Notes: generated from the sequence alone by a model not told the origin. DNA of 64,000 nt from the human T2T-CHM13v2.0 reference genome, Homo sapiens (GCF_009914755.1 NC_060946.1), one strand, 5' to 3'. Numbered from the stretch's first letter, positions 46,962-61,964 are shown. Numbers and translations: made by a program.

Positions 46962-47941
46962 GTGAGTTTTCCAGTTGGTTCTTTGGAAGCCGTTTTGCGG
47001 TGACTGGTTTTCTGCTCTCTCTCACTGCTCCGAGTCAGGGCCCACCTCCTTGACCGACACCTCACCTCCATAGTCCACATAAAAGACTCCTGACAGGTTC
47101 TGGAGGCAGCCGACGCCAGCTTCTGTTCCCCTCCCCAGCCCTTGGCAGCTCAGGTTCCGCGGGAGGACGTTCACCTGCTTCGCGGTCTCGTGGAGGTCCA
47201 CCGCGGCGGAGAATCCTAAACCTCACCTGTGACTCGGCAGGATGAGCGGCCAGCACTCCCGACGGAGGCCCTCTGGGAGAAAAGAGGCCCTTGGCCTCGA
47301 GACCCAGGAAAGCGGGCTGTTCAGGAGTTGGTTCGCGCAGTTACACCGAAAGCGCCGTGGGCCTCAAAGCCGCAGCCCGGAGGTCGCTGGCTTGCTCTGT
47401 GTCAGACACGGTTCTAGGCAGTGGGGATGCATCTAGAAGCAGACACAGTCCCTGTTCTCAAGAAGCTCACAGTCTAGAGGAGACAACTCACTTGGAAAGA
47501 AAGCAGGGAGAATTTGGGGTGGTGGGGAAGTGCTATGCTATGAATACAGTGGAGTACTGGGAGAAGCAGAGGACTCAAGACAAGGGCTGTCTTAGGAGGC
47601 GGTGTTTGAGCCTAGCCTGTTAGGATGTGAGAGGGGCATTCCAGTTGGAGGGAAATATGACCCGAGGATGGAGTAAGCCTAGGGTGTTCAAGGATCAGCT
47701 AGAGGGCAGATGTGGCCAGAACATCCTAAGTGAGGGTGGGAAATGAGCTGGGACCAACTGGATTACTAGGCCATAGTAAAGAATTTGTCTTCTAAGAACC
47801 ATGAGAACCTGTTGAAAGGCTATTAAGACGATTAAAATATCACGAAAACATTTTTGTATAAACATCTGGTGTATCTGATAGTGGAATACATCTGTGGAGT
47901 TAGGGCTGCCTCCAAAAAAATAACGGAAATGGACTGACTCA

Positions 47942-48028
47942 GTGACTCCCAGGGACTGCCTTAGGAGAAAGTTTCTGGAATGTCAGAACTTCCAGAAACT
48001 TTCTCCTAAGGCAGTCCCTGGGAGTCAC
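47942..48028 (+). ncRNA. MIR3199-2: MIR3199 hairpin, plus-strand reading; mature-like AGGGACTGCCTTAGGAGAAAGTT at 47951-47973
   Basis: Perfect 39-bp inverted repeat (47942-47980 / 47990-48028) with 9-nt loop TGTCAGAAC. The arm contains the sequence I recognise as miR-3199. The -1/-2 strand assignment is from memory. Confidence 0.85.
47942..48028 (-). ncRNA. MIR3199-1: MIR3199 hairpin, minus-strand reading; same mature sequence at 48019-47997
   Basis: The palindrome gives an identical 5p arm on the opposite strand. Confidence 0.8.
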
Positions 48029-48859
48029 CGAGTTTCTCTTATGTGTGACTAGTGCTAGTTATTGTGAGGGCAGAGATTTAAGGAAATACACGCTCTTTCT
48101 TGCAAGAGTTGAGAAGCTTAGAATCCGCTTTGTTGATTGGACATTGGATTTTATGCCAAGTACTGTGCTAAGTAATGGAGATATTTTATCTCATTTCACC
48201 CTTAGAACATTATGAGATGTATTTTAGCATGTTTTAGGAGGGGGAATAAAATGAGATTCAGGGAGCTATGTTAAGTGACTTGTACTAGCTTGTTTGCAGA
48301 GCCAGGTTTCAAGTCCAGATTTTAAAAACTTCAAGGTCTGGTCCATTTATTTCACTAATTTCCTAGATGAAAGTGAAGTTGGGGCGTGCAGACCATCTTT
48401 ATGACAAATAATTATTCTCAATTATGGAAAGGAGACTAAAGTCAAATTCTAGAAGATATTTAGAAAAATTAAGAGATTGAGTACTATAAATCTGTATGCT
48501 TAGGGAGTGTTCTTTAAAGTCTAAGGAGGCAATATTAAAATTAATTGCCAAATTTATGTGGTATGGAGTCATTGTATGTTATAATCTCTCCCCACATGTT
48601 ATGCTTGTTGAAAAATATAACTTTTTAAACGTTGCAGATAAATTTATGGTTGACATGCTTTATCATTAAGAAACATGAGGACATTTTACGTAATTTCTCT
48701 AATTTTTGAAGTCTCCCACAAGTGTTCACTAGTTCTTTTGTCTGCATAACACAATTCTTCTCATAGATAGTACTCAGATGTTTGCGAAATAAACGAGACA
48801 GTATGCTGGATGGAGCATACCTCCAAACCCGTATACAATATAGACGGTGCCTCGCTTTC

Positions 48860-49286
48860 CTATTGTTTAAAAAAATTATTTGATGATGATACTTGTTCAA
48901 GTATAGTAAGGCAGACTTTATTCAGGACCTTCGAAATAAGTATACGGACCACTGTAATGGGATTTTGTAGTGGGGGAAAGAGATTGGGCTCAACTCTGAA
49001 CATAGCATGGGCAAGTAAGAATTTATAGCCAAGGAGCAAGATAGTTAGGGGTAGGGCGATCAGTGGATGGAAAATTATTAAGAGGATATACATCAGGGAG
49101 ATTCTGGCTTAAGTAACCTAACATAATTCTTGCTGAAGACGTGATCAGACATCATCTGGGGAATGGTGGAGGATGAAGAACAGATACCAAGGATTGGGGA
49201 GGTTCTTGTTAAAACTAGATTTTTTAACTGTTGCACAGATAAGCCTAGGCTTGACTAAAGTTTGGTTGGGAGTGTATCTTTGTCAC
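48860..49286 (-). mobile_element. Old ERV1-type LTR (MER31-like), approximate bounds
   Basis: GCAGACTTTATTCAGGACC...GAGATTGGGCTCAACTCTGAA...GAATTTATAGCCAAGGAGC: reverse AATAAA and TATAAA in LTR order. Confidence 0.55.
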
Positions 49287-50071
49287 AATCAAAAGATTCA
49301 TATTAAAATACTCAATTGAGAAACAAGGATAGATAAAGTAACCGGTTTAGATGTATTTATTGACGGAAAGATTAGGTTGCTGGAAAACATGAAATCTATA
49401 TAATAAAATAATCCTACATTACATCTATTTACAGGATAAAAATGGCAGAATGAAAGAATTGTGAGTGGAACTAGAGAATAGGAAAGACATGAACCAACGC
49501 CCAAAATGAGAAAGAAGGACATATAAAGAAAAAGACAAATACAAGTGAAAAAAATAGACTAATGGATTAACGTCCCTGTCGTGTGACATTTTCTGGTATG
49601 ACAGCTGAAGATGTTGAACCGTATGGTGCAGTTTTGCAAATAGTGTATGAAGTGGGTTGTAAGTTTTACCAGTAATTGTCTATAGATACAAAAAGGAGCC
49701 AACCTCTTTTTTTTTCTTTTAGTGTGATGTTCCTTGTTCTATCTTCGAACTCTCAAAGGTAGCCTTTACACAGATGTTCAAACTAATTCTACCAGTGTCA
49801 TATGTCTACCAATCTCATTACTTCCCTTGTATGTACTTCTAGAGCAAAGAGCTCATTACAGTAAGAATGATGGTAAATTTTACTGAGGCAAACAAAGATT
49901 TCTGAACGCGAGCAGTGTGTGTGAAATGCTTATGCACTAGCTGATAGCATAACTCTGGTCAAAGAAATTTGGTCACTTAAATATTATAATTGAATTTAGC
50001 CCCTAAAGTAGCTGTTCTTAACCTGGAATCTGAAGAACAGCCTGTTGGTGGGGCTCCCAGGGAATTTGTGA

Positions 50072-50744
<673 letters not shown>

Positions 50745-50959
50745 TCATGTGTACATTTATCTAAGGGAGAGGTTTGTAGCTTTCATTTGCCTTGCTTTCT
50801 CTGCGTTTTGCCATCCCATTTCTTTTTATCTTCTGCACATTCCAGAATGATCTTGATTGAGGATCTTTCTATGAAAACTAGAAGTATTCCCAAGAATGCT
50901 TTAATTTTGTTAAATATCAGGGCGTAGGTTATAATATTGTATCACTCTGGGACGGACAG

Positions 50960-51200
50960 GGTTAGGCTTTGGAGTAGAAAGACCCTAGCCTCAATCCTGC
51001 ACTTACTCTGCCACTTACTGTTCTGAACCTTGAGAAAATGACTTAATCTCTCAGAGATTCAGTTTACACTGAAACTCAGTTTTACACATCTGAAAAAAGA
51101 GGACTATTAATATCTGCAACAGATTTAAGGACTAACAAATATGAAGTATATAAAGCACCTATGTTATCTACTTTACTGGATACATAAGTGTTCAGTGAAT
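50960..51200 (+). mobile_element. MIR
   Basis: GGCTTTGGAGT..CTCTGCCACTTACT..ACCTTGAG..ACTTAATCTCTC. Confidence 0.65.
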
Positions 51201-51581
51201 GGGAACCATTTAAAAGCTTACAAAAAGCAGGAACAGTAATTGAAGATATCAGTCTATAGAGTAACCACTATGTTTATTCATTATTTGTTACTCTAATACT
51301 TGCATAAGAACGTATATGTGCATTCATGCGTGTATACATATTGGCCATCATTACCTTTTGTCTGTTGTGTATAATACAGATTCTTGTTCTTCTGTGTCAT
51401 CACCAACATGTAATATTGTCAGAATTTTTATTTTTTGTCAGTTTATTGGTTTTAAAACTCTTATCTTGTGTTCACTTTGCATTCCTTGCAGGTTGAGGAT
51501 GTTTTGTTTTCTGGTCTTAGTCTCATTCTTCCTTCTTTTTCCTGTTGGTCTTGTTCTTTTCTTTTTGATTTGTAGGGTATA

Positions 51582-52255
51582 TTAGGATGGTGCAAAAGTA
51601 ATTGAGGTTTTTGCATCGTTGAAATTTGTCATTTGATACTGGAATACCCTCTTAAACCTTCTTAAATGTGGTTATGTTATACATCATTTTAATGGGCATT
51701 TCTCACTTTGTTTTTTTTTTTTTGCTAATGACTTATTACTTGCTGTTTATATTTATTTTAGACTATGGAAATGATATTAGACAAAAAGCAACTTCAAGTG
51801 GTTTTCTTATTTGAGTTCAAAATGGGTCATAACGCAGCAGAGATAACTTGAAACATGAACAGCGCATTTGGCCCAGGAACTACTAACGAACATACAGGGC
51901 AGCTGTGATTCAAGAAGTTTTGCAAAGCAGACTAGAGCCTTGAATATGAGGAACACAGTGGCCAGCCATTGGATGCTTCACTTCTTGAAGCATCTTGACA
52001 GCTTTTTGCAGGTGAAATGCTTCCACACCAGCAGGATGCAGAAAAATGCTTTCCAAGAGTTTGTTGAATCCAGAAGCATGGATGTTTATGCTGCAGGAAT
52101 AAACAAATTTATTTCTCGTTGGCAAAAAAGTGTTGATTGTAATGGTTCCTATTTTGATTAATAAAGATGTGTTTGAGCCTAGTTATAATGATTTAAAATT
52201 AATGGTCCAAAAATGCAATTACTTTTGCACCACCACCAACACACACACACACCTA
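51582..52255 (+). mobile_element. Hsmar1 mariner, internally deleted (~670 bp), transposase pseudogene
   Basis: Left TIR ta|TTAGGATGGTGCAAAAGTAATTGAGG; right TIR GCAATTACTTTTGCACCA. ATG at 51765 gives MEMILDKKQLQVVFLFEFKMG...FGPGT.NE with stops, fused near 51975 to HFLKHLDSFLQ...FQEFVESRS...WQKSVDCNGSYFD* (stop 52159-52161). Confidence 0.95.
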
Positions 52256-52346
52256 CACATTCTGGATTTGAATTCCATGTTGATTATATGCACTTGGAAT
52301 ATTTCTTTTCCATCTGTGGATTGTTCTGTCACTTATTTTCTTTAAT

Positions 52347-52562
52347 AAATGGGTTTCTGAACCTCTGTTGTATTGACATTTTGGGTCAGATTATTCTTTG
52401 CTGTGTAGGCTGTTCTATGCCTTGTAGGGATGTTCAGCAACATCCCTGGCCTCTATTGGCCAGGTGCCGGTAGTACCCCTCCAGTCATGACAGTCAGCAG
52501 TGTTTCCAGACATTGCCTAGTTTCTCCTGGGGGGCACAATTGCCCTAAGTTGAGAACCACTG
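52347..52562. mobile_element. MER20 (hAT-Charlie)
   Basis: ATTGACATTTTGGGTCAGATTATTCTTTGCTGT...GTTGAGAACCACTG end. Confidence 0.85.
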
Positions 52563-52744
52563 GTTATAGTGACTTTGTTGTGTAGTTATCCTGCTAACAT
52601 TTTTTTATTATATGCCAGACAAGCCTTAAGTGTTTCATATGAACTAATCCTAACTCATTTACGCATCACAACAACATATGATGTAGATATTATTGTCCCT
52701 ATTTTAAAGAGGAGAAATCTTATGTCCTCTAATATGCAGAAAAT

Positions 52745-55350
52745 GTTAACTTTACCAAGCTATAACTTACATATAAAATGCACCTATTTGAAGTGTACAG
52801 CTGTAGGGTTTTGTTAAAGGTATACTCAGACTTCTGTAGAGTTTCATATCATTTATCATATAGTCCTTTTTGTATCTTCTAGCATAATGGTTCTGAGATT
52901 CCTGAATGTGTGTCATTCAGACCTTTTCATTGCTCAGTGGTATTCCTTTGTGTGGATATACCAGAAATTTTTTATCCGTTTACCTAGTGATGGATTTTTC
53001 AGTGCTATACAGTTTTTGGTCATGATAAAGTTGCCATGACTAGATGTATAGAAGTCTTCCTGTGGATATATGTTTTCATTTCTGTTGGATTATAAGGTAA
53101 GTGTATGTTTGGGAGAAGTGGCCAACAATTTACAAAGTGGTGGTACCATTTTGCATTCCCAGCAGCAATGCATGAGAGTCCAGTTACTCCACATCCTCAT
53201 CAACACATTTTAGCCACTCTAGTGGAAATGTGGTATCTCATTGTAGTTAAATTTGCAGTTCTCTGAAAACTAATGATGTTGAGCACTTTTTCATGTACTT
53301 ATTGGTCATTTGTACATGTTTTGTCAAGTAACTATTCAACTCTTGCCCATTTTCAAATTGTTCTTTTTCTGTTTTTGAGTTGGAAGAGTTATTTGAATAT
53401 CCTACATATAAGTCCTTTCTCAGATGTTTGTGTTATGAGTATTTCCTCCCAGTCAGCTGCTTGCCTTTTCATCTTGGTGGTATATTTCAAACAGCAGAAA
53501 TTTTAAGTTCTGATGAAGTCTAGTTTCTCATTTTGTTTTATGGTTCATGCTTTCTGTGTACTTCCTGAGAAATCTTTGCCTAAGCCAGAGGCACAAAGAT
53601 TCTTATTTTACTATGTTTTCTTCTGCAAGTTTTAAAGTTTTGGCTCTTACATTTAGGTCTGTGAGCCATTTCAAATAAGTTTTGGTGTATATGTGAGGTA
53701 AGAATCAAGTTTGATTTTTTTTTTTGCATATGTATATCCAATTGTAGCCCCCATTATTAAAAAGACATTTCCTTTACTCATTTGTTGAAAATCAGTTGAC
53801 TGTGTGTATGCGGGTCTGTTTCAGGAGAGTGTTCTGTTCCATTGGTCAATATGTTTATGTAATACCACACTGCTTTGATTACTATAGCTATATAGTAAGT
53901 CTTGAAATCGGGTGGTTTATTTCCTCCAGTTTCTACATTTTCAAAATTGTTTTGGCTCTTCTAGGATTTCATTTCATTAATTTGTTTAAAAAAGAACCCT
54001 GGTGGAATTTTTATGGGACTTTTCATTCAATCTATAGAACAATTGGGAAGAATTGACATCTTAATATTGAATCTTTATAAATGGTATATCTCTTCATTTA
54101 TTTAGATCTTCAATGTTTCTCAGCTCTTGGCAGCATTTTGTAGCTTACAGGGTATAGGCTTTGCAAATATTTTGCTTTATCCTTAAGTATTTTGTGGTTT
54201 TTTAAAAAAAATTGTAATTTTTAAAAATTCCTCAAGTATTGATAATATGTAAAGATAGACTTGATTCTTGTTTATTCCCCTTGCTGGACTTACTTGTTAC
54301 AAGAGTGGTTTTGTGTGTTTTATAAGATTTTCTATATAACAGTCTCTGAGTAAAGACAGTTTCATGTTTTTTTCCAATCTTTATGATTTTTATTCTTTTC
54401 CTTTATGGCACTGGTTAAGAACTCTAATACTGTTGCTGTAAGTGGTGAAATCAGTTTATTGATCTTTTTTTTCCCACCAGCCCATGTAGAGAAAGTTTAC
54501 CAATTGGATAGATGTTTTTACCCCGTTCTTTGATTTTTCTCTACTTATTTTCAGTTTGATTGATTTTTACCTTTTATTACTTACCTCTGCCTAGTTAGTT
54601 TTGGTTTAATTTTTTCTATTTTTAGCTTTAAGATAGAAGCCCATATCATTGCTTTTAGACTTTCTTCTCAAATATAAGCATTTAAACATATAAATTCATC
54701 TCTAAGTTCTGGTTTAGCTGCATTTATATTTTTATGTTTTCATTGTCATTCAGTTCAAAGTATTTTCTAATTTTTTTTTAACTTTGGACTATTTGGAAGT
54801 ATATTAATTACCAAATATTTCAATATTCTCCACATTTTAAAGTTTCAGTTTAATTTGCTTACAGTCCAAGAATATACCCTGTATGATTTTAATCATTTCA
54901 AATTTATTGAAACTTATAATCTAGTTTGTTCTTGCTTTGTGTATTTTGAGGTTTTGTTAGTAGATCCCTACACCTGTAGGACTTTTATGTTTTCTTGATG
55001 AATTATCCTCATTATAGTTGTGGCATACTTCCCTTTATCCTTGATAATATTCCTTGTTCTGAAGCCTATTTTGCCTGATATTAATGTAGAGTTTCAGCTT
55101 TCTTATGATTTGTGTTTGCGTAGTAGGTATCTTGTTATTCCTTTTAACCTTTTTGTCATTGTAGTGATAGTAATTTGTACACAACATATAGTTGGACCTT
55201 GCTTTTTAATCCAGTCTGATACTGGACCTTTTAAGTAGAATGTTAGGCCATTTATATTTAATATAGTTATAAAATGGTTGGGTTAAATCTACCAATTTTT
55301 TTATGTTTACTGTAGAGCTTATAAGATGTATCTGTAACTTACCACAGTCT
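52745..55350 (-). mobile_element. Fragmented old L1M in reverse orientation
   Basis: TTGCATTCCCAGCAGCAATGCATGAGAGT, GTGGTATCTCATTGTAG, CTCTTACATTTAGGTCT and similar blocks. Confidence 0.8.
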
Positions 55351-55358
55351 ACCATTAA

Positions 55359-55865
55359 CCCTTTTCTTAGAAAAAAAAAAAAAGGTGCAGCTCACTGCCA
55401 GCACTCATTTAATTTTACATAAACATGCTTTTTGAGGATGAAGCAAATCTGATTTCCAATGTGAAAATAAAATATAAAAACTGTTCTTGGAGTTATTTCT
55501 AAATAGAACTAACATCAGAATTGTGTGAATCATTAGAATCATCTATTTCAGAAAAATTGGATTTATCAAATTTTTGGCCAACAACTGTTCAAGAACAATG
55601 TTAACATCACTCATAGGAATGCTATGTATTCTAGGATTTGACATTTTCAGTGATTGAGAATTACTATATTTTATAAATGGAAATACCACTACTAAAAACA
55701 GAATGCTATAAATAGAATGATGTCTTTTGTTTCGGGAGTCAATATTACTAGAGCAATGCAACAATAATTATAAAAGTGAGATATTTTGTGGCAAAGGTAT
55801 CTCACGGTAAACTCTGTAGCTACAAGTGCTGCCAGCAAGTATTCTTGGGGCAAATGGGAAAAGGG
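55359..55865 (-). mobile_element. MER75 (piggyBac non-autonomous), full length
   Basis: TTAA|CCCTTTTC...GGGAAAAGGG|TTAA, with the TTAA TSD at 55355-55358 and 55866-55869. Internal sequence fits MER75 in reverse. Confidence 0.92.
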
Positions 55866-55984
55866 TTAAATGGAATTAAACTGTTTCACATAAAATGTAA
55901 GAAACAAGAGTATACTTTCATCTCTCTTCTTGTTTTTACAATCTCACAAAACATCATTATTTTGCTTTAAAACAGTCAGTTATT

Positions 55985-56420
<436 letters not shown>

Positions 56421-56469
56421 ATTTTTAAAATAAAACTGAGAAAATAGTATTTTCTATTCTCTTGCTAAC

Positions 56470-56690
56470 ATTTGTTCAATATTTACTTTATGCTGGGTAT
56501 TCTAAGTGCTTTGCATGATTTAATACATTTAATCTTGTAAGCAAACACATGATGTAGGTACTACTATCTATTTTACAGTTAAGCAAAGTGAGAGACAGCT
56601 AATTAACCCAAATTTAGTCAACTAGCTGGAATGTGAACCCAGCCAGTCTGGTACCAGAGCCTGAGTTTTTAACCACTTTGCTATACTGCC
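56470..56690 (-). mobile_element. MIR
   Basis: CTAAGTGCTTTGCATG..CATTTAATCTT..ATTTTACAG..GAACCCAG..TTTAACCACT. Confidence 0.65.
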
Positions 56691-56749
56691 TTCCTAAATT
56701 GACCATGACCTCCAGTATAGTTTCAAGCAGAACATATAAAAGTAGGCAT

Positions 56750-57052
<303 letters not shown>

Positions 57053-58344
57053 CATACTTATCTTGATCTTGACTTTAAGATGCTTCCAGAATCTAAGTAT
57101 GTTTGCTACAGGTTTTTGGTAGCTGCCCTTTATTAGATTAAGGCTGTTTTCTTCCTAGTTTGAGTTTTTGTCATTGTTCAGTATTGAATTTTGTGAAATG
57201 CTTTTCTGTGTTGAAATAATCATGTTCTGCTTTGTTCTGTTCGTGTAATCTATTCCATGACTAGATTTTCTGATGTTGAGCCATCCTTGGATTTTCAGAA
57301 TAAACCTTAGCCAGTCATCATTTATGTTATTTTTTTTTTCCATTGGTCAGCTGTGATGTTAGGATAGGTTTGCTCAATAGTTCAGGAAATTAAAATGATG
57401 AAGCTGAGACAGATTTATGAATAGTACTGATTTTAATTTCAAATAATAGATGAATGGCTTATTAGCTGGCTTAAAATGAAGATGGCCTATGTAAGATATA
57501 TCACTAATTTTATTTGAGAAGTCTTCTTAAAGCACTTATTTTTGAGTAGATAAGACAATCACATTTCATAATTCAAATTGTATAAAGGAATGTATACAGT
57601 GATACCCCTCTTCCATTCCTATCTCGACACCTCCAGAAACCAATATTACCAGTTTTTTTGTCCTGGAGATTTTGCATATATAAGCAAATATATTTATTTT
57701 CTTTGTCCCTCTTTAAAAAAAAAAAGAACATGAATTGCAGTATACACGCTATTCTGCATCCTGCAGTTTTTCTTGATCTTGAGGAATGTATGAGACAAGG
57801 TTCAGTCAGAGAAGTGGAGCTACTATGTGTGTTAAGACATATGGCATTCATCAAATGAATTGGCCTTTACTCAGTTGGAGTTGCTGAAGAAATGAAGGTC
57901 CAGAAGGGAAAGGTGGAGAATGAGAGGAGTCACTAACCAGGCTTTCTGAAGGATTAGTGTGGTGAACAAGTCAGAGCTTGTTAGGGAAATCTGGGAAACA
58001 GTCACATCCAGCTGCTGAGGTGAGATTGCAGAAAGGATAGTATGCTTTCAGGAAGAGCGGGATGTGAAATGGAGGAGAGTGGGGACAACCTAAAGCTTTC
58101 CACATACCTTTGTGAGTGTCCATCACTATCCTAATCCTGAAATCTTCATTGAGTCACGTCTGTTGCATTGTTCCTGCCTTCTAAAATCTTGTGCAAATTC
58201 CTCTTGGCCAAATCTTACTCAGAGCCATACAAGGAAGGGGATTCTGGAAAACAGTTCCAAGCTTAACTTTACTAACCCAGCACAGTTCAGCACCAAGAGC
58301 ATGCTGTATTGATATGTAAAGGCAGCTTTATCCCCCTGCCCTTC

Positions 58345-60185
<1,841 letters not shown>

Positions 60186-60512
60186 ATGCAGTGTGATTTA
60201 AATTGTCTCCTGTTGGTACCCACTTAGGCTATATTCAATAGTTGCTATTATCAGAGTCCTGCAGTAAATACTCGTTTACATAGATCATTTCATGTAATGT
60301 ATAAGTGTAACTATAAGAGAAATTTCTGAAAGTGGAATTGTTAAAGGGTAAGTTTAACATATTGCAGTTTTTACATATTTTGTCTAGTTTTCCTTTAAAC
60401 TGTACCAGTATACACTTCCACACACAATGTATGAGAGTACCCATTTCCCCAAACTCTTCAACATCGTATTTTCAAACATTGCTTAAAACCTTTTGGTTGT
60501 ATGATATAGTAC

Positions 60513-60963
60513 TGTAAGAAACACACTCACCCATCCAAACCCGAAGAATGGACTTAGAGGCACGAAGAACAGCGAAAGTGAGACTTTAATAACGATCTTG
60601 CAAGGTCGGGTGTCTGAGCAGGTACATCCAGGGAAGTCACAACAGGTAATTTATCTCCTAGCACACAAGTCCCTCCACGAGTTCTGCATTGGTTGAGTAC
60701 TATGGGGTTACAATCTTCCAAGACGTTGCCTAAGTTTCATTATCCCCCTTATAAGGTTATATCCCGTCCCTTTCCCTGCTTAAGTTTCGATTTCCTGATA
60801 ACGAAACTTTCTTTCCTTTTACGGGCTGAACCCTCCTCTACATTCTGTTTGCTTATTGTGACCTAGGTGCATTAGCCAGGCATTTTGTCACATTTGCAGG
60901 CTAGCTGCCAATACTTAGATTTATCATGCCTTGAAAATTGACCATTTAAAATATTTTCTTACT
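60513..60963. mobile_element. Solo ERV LTR (ERV1-class by TSD length; family not assigned)
   Basis: Termini TGTAAGAA...TTCTTAC(T), flanked by a 4-bp TSD GTAC (60509-60512, 60964-60967). 451 bp, with retained CpGs. Confidence 0.75.
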
Positions 60964-61112
60964 GTACAAATACAAAAAAGTTACATAAAACAAATTAGTT
61001 ACTGTAGGGAGATCAATAGTTGTTACCTCCACCAGGTCAAGAAATAGACCTTTGCCAGTCTTTCCATAAGTCCTTCATGTACTCTGTTCTAGTCACAATT
61101 CCCTCTTCTCTA

Positions 61113-61427
<315 letters not shown>

Positions 61428-61625
61428 TCATGGGAATCACTTCCTTCATGCTTTTGATCACCCTACTGTGTAGCTCCTAAACTCTATAGTTTCTTTTTTG
61501 TTTCTTTTAACCTACATGTAAACCTGTTCTTTCACCCCACTCTCCCACCTACCATACAACTTGTTGAGGAAATTGAATTGTTTGATAGAATTCTCTGCAC
61601 TCTGGATTTTGCTGCTGTTAGATCT

Positions 61626-61964
61626 TATTATGGTTTGGCTGTGTCCCAACTAAAATCTCATCTTAAATTCCCACGTGTTGTGGGAGGGACCTGGTGGGAG
61701 ATAATTGAATCATGGGGGTAGGTCTTTCTCGTGCTGTTCTCCTGATAGTGAGTCTCATGAGATACAATGGTTTTATAAGGGGGAGTTACCCTACATGAGC
61801 TCTCTTCTCTTGCCGCCACCATGTAAGAAGTCCCTTTCGCTTTCCGCCATGATTGTGAGGCCTCCCCAGCCATGTGGAGTTGTAAGTCCATTAAACCTCT
61901 TTGTTTTGTAAATTGCCCAGTGTCAGGTATGTCCTTATGAGCATCCTGAAAACAGACTAATACA
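61626..61964 (+). mobile_element. THE1B-like MaLR solo LTR
   Basis: ..ATGGTTTGGCTGTGTCCC...GGCCTCCCCAGCCATGTGG...AGACTAATACA, with a 5-bp TSD GATCT/CATCT. Confidence 0.88.

Larger units (their letters stand above)
45950..47420. promoter_or_regulatory. CpG island, bidirectional TATA-less promoter of PITPNB (-) and a divergent lncRNA (+)
   Basis: Abrupt rise in GC and CpG density around exon 1. NRF1-like GCGCCTGCGC motif near 46673, GC boxes, and divergent splice donors at 46587 (-) and 46962 (+). Confidence 0.9.

Noticed and set aside
47060-47080. ATG TGG ACT ATG GAG|gtgagg on the minus strand as an upstream PITPNB coding exon
   Set aside because: The donor is phase 0 whereas exon 2 needs phase 2, so it is out of frame; at most a non-coding upstream exon.
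45954-47623. Overlapping 60-176 aa ORFs across the CpG island (e.g. 45954..46484, 46594..46965)
   Set aside because: Pro/Arg/Gly-rich, open on both strands and without recognisable domains; expected from stop-codon scarcity in GC-rich DNA.
48801-48820. GTATGCT-GGATGG-AGCATAC hairpin near an ACA triplet as an H/ACA snoRNA
   Set aside because: A 7-bp stem is expected by chance, and no two-hairpin/box H architecture could be built.
49866-49905. AATGATGG...CTGA as a box C/D snoRNA
   Set aside because: Only ~40 nt, imperfect box C and no terminal stem.
51868-52161. 97-aa ORF ending WQKSVDCNGSYFD as a functional transposase or SETMAR
   Set aside because: Non-ATG start, chimeric across the Hsmar1 deletion, lacks an in-frame DNA-binding domain and the catalytic triad, and has no SET domain.
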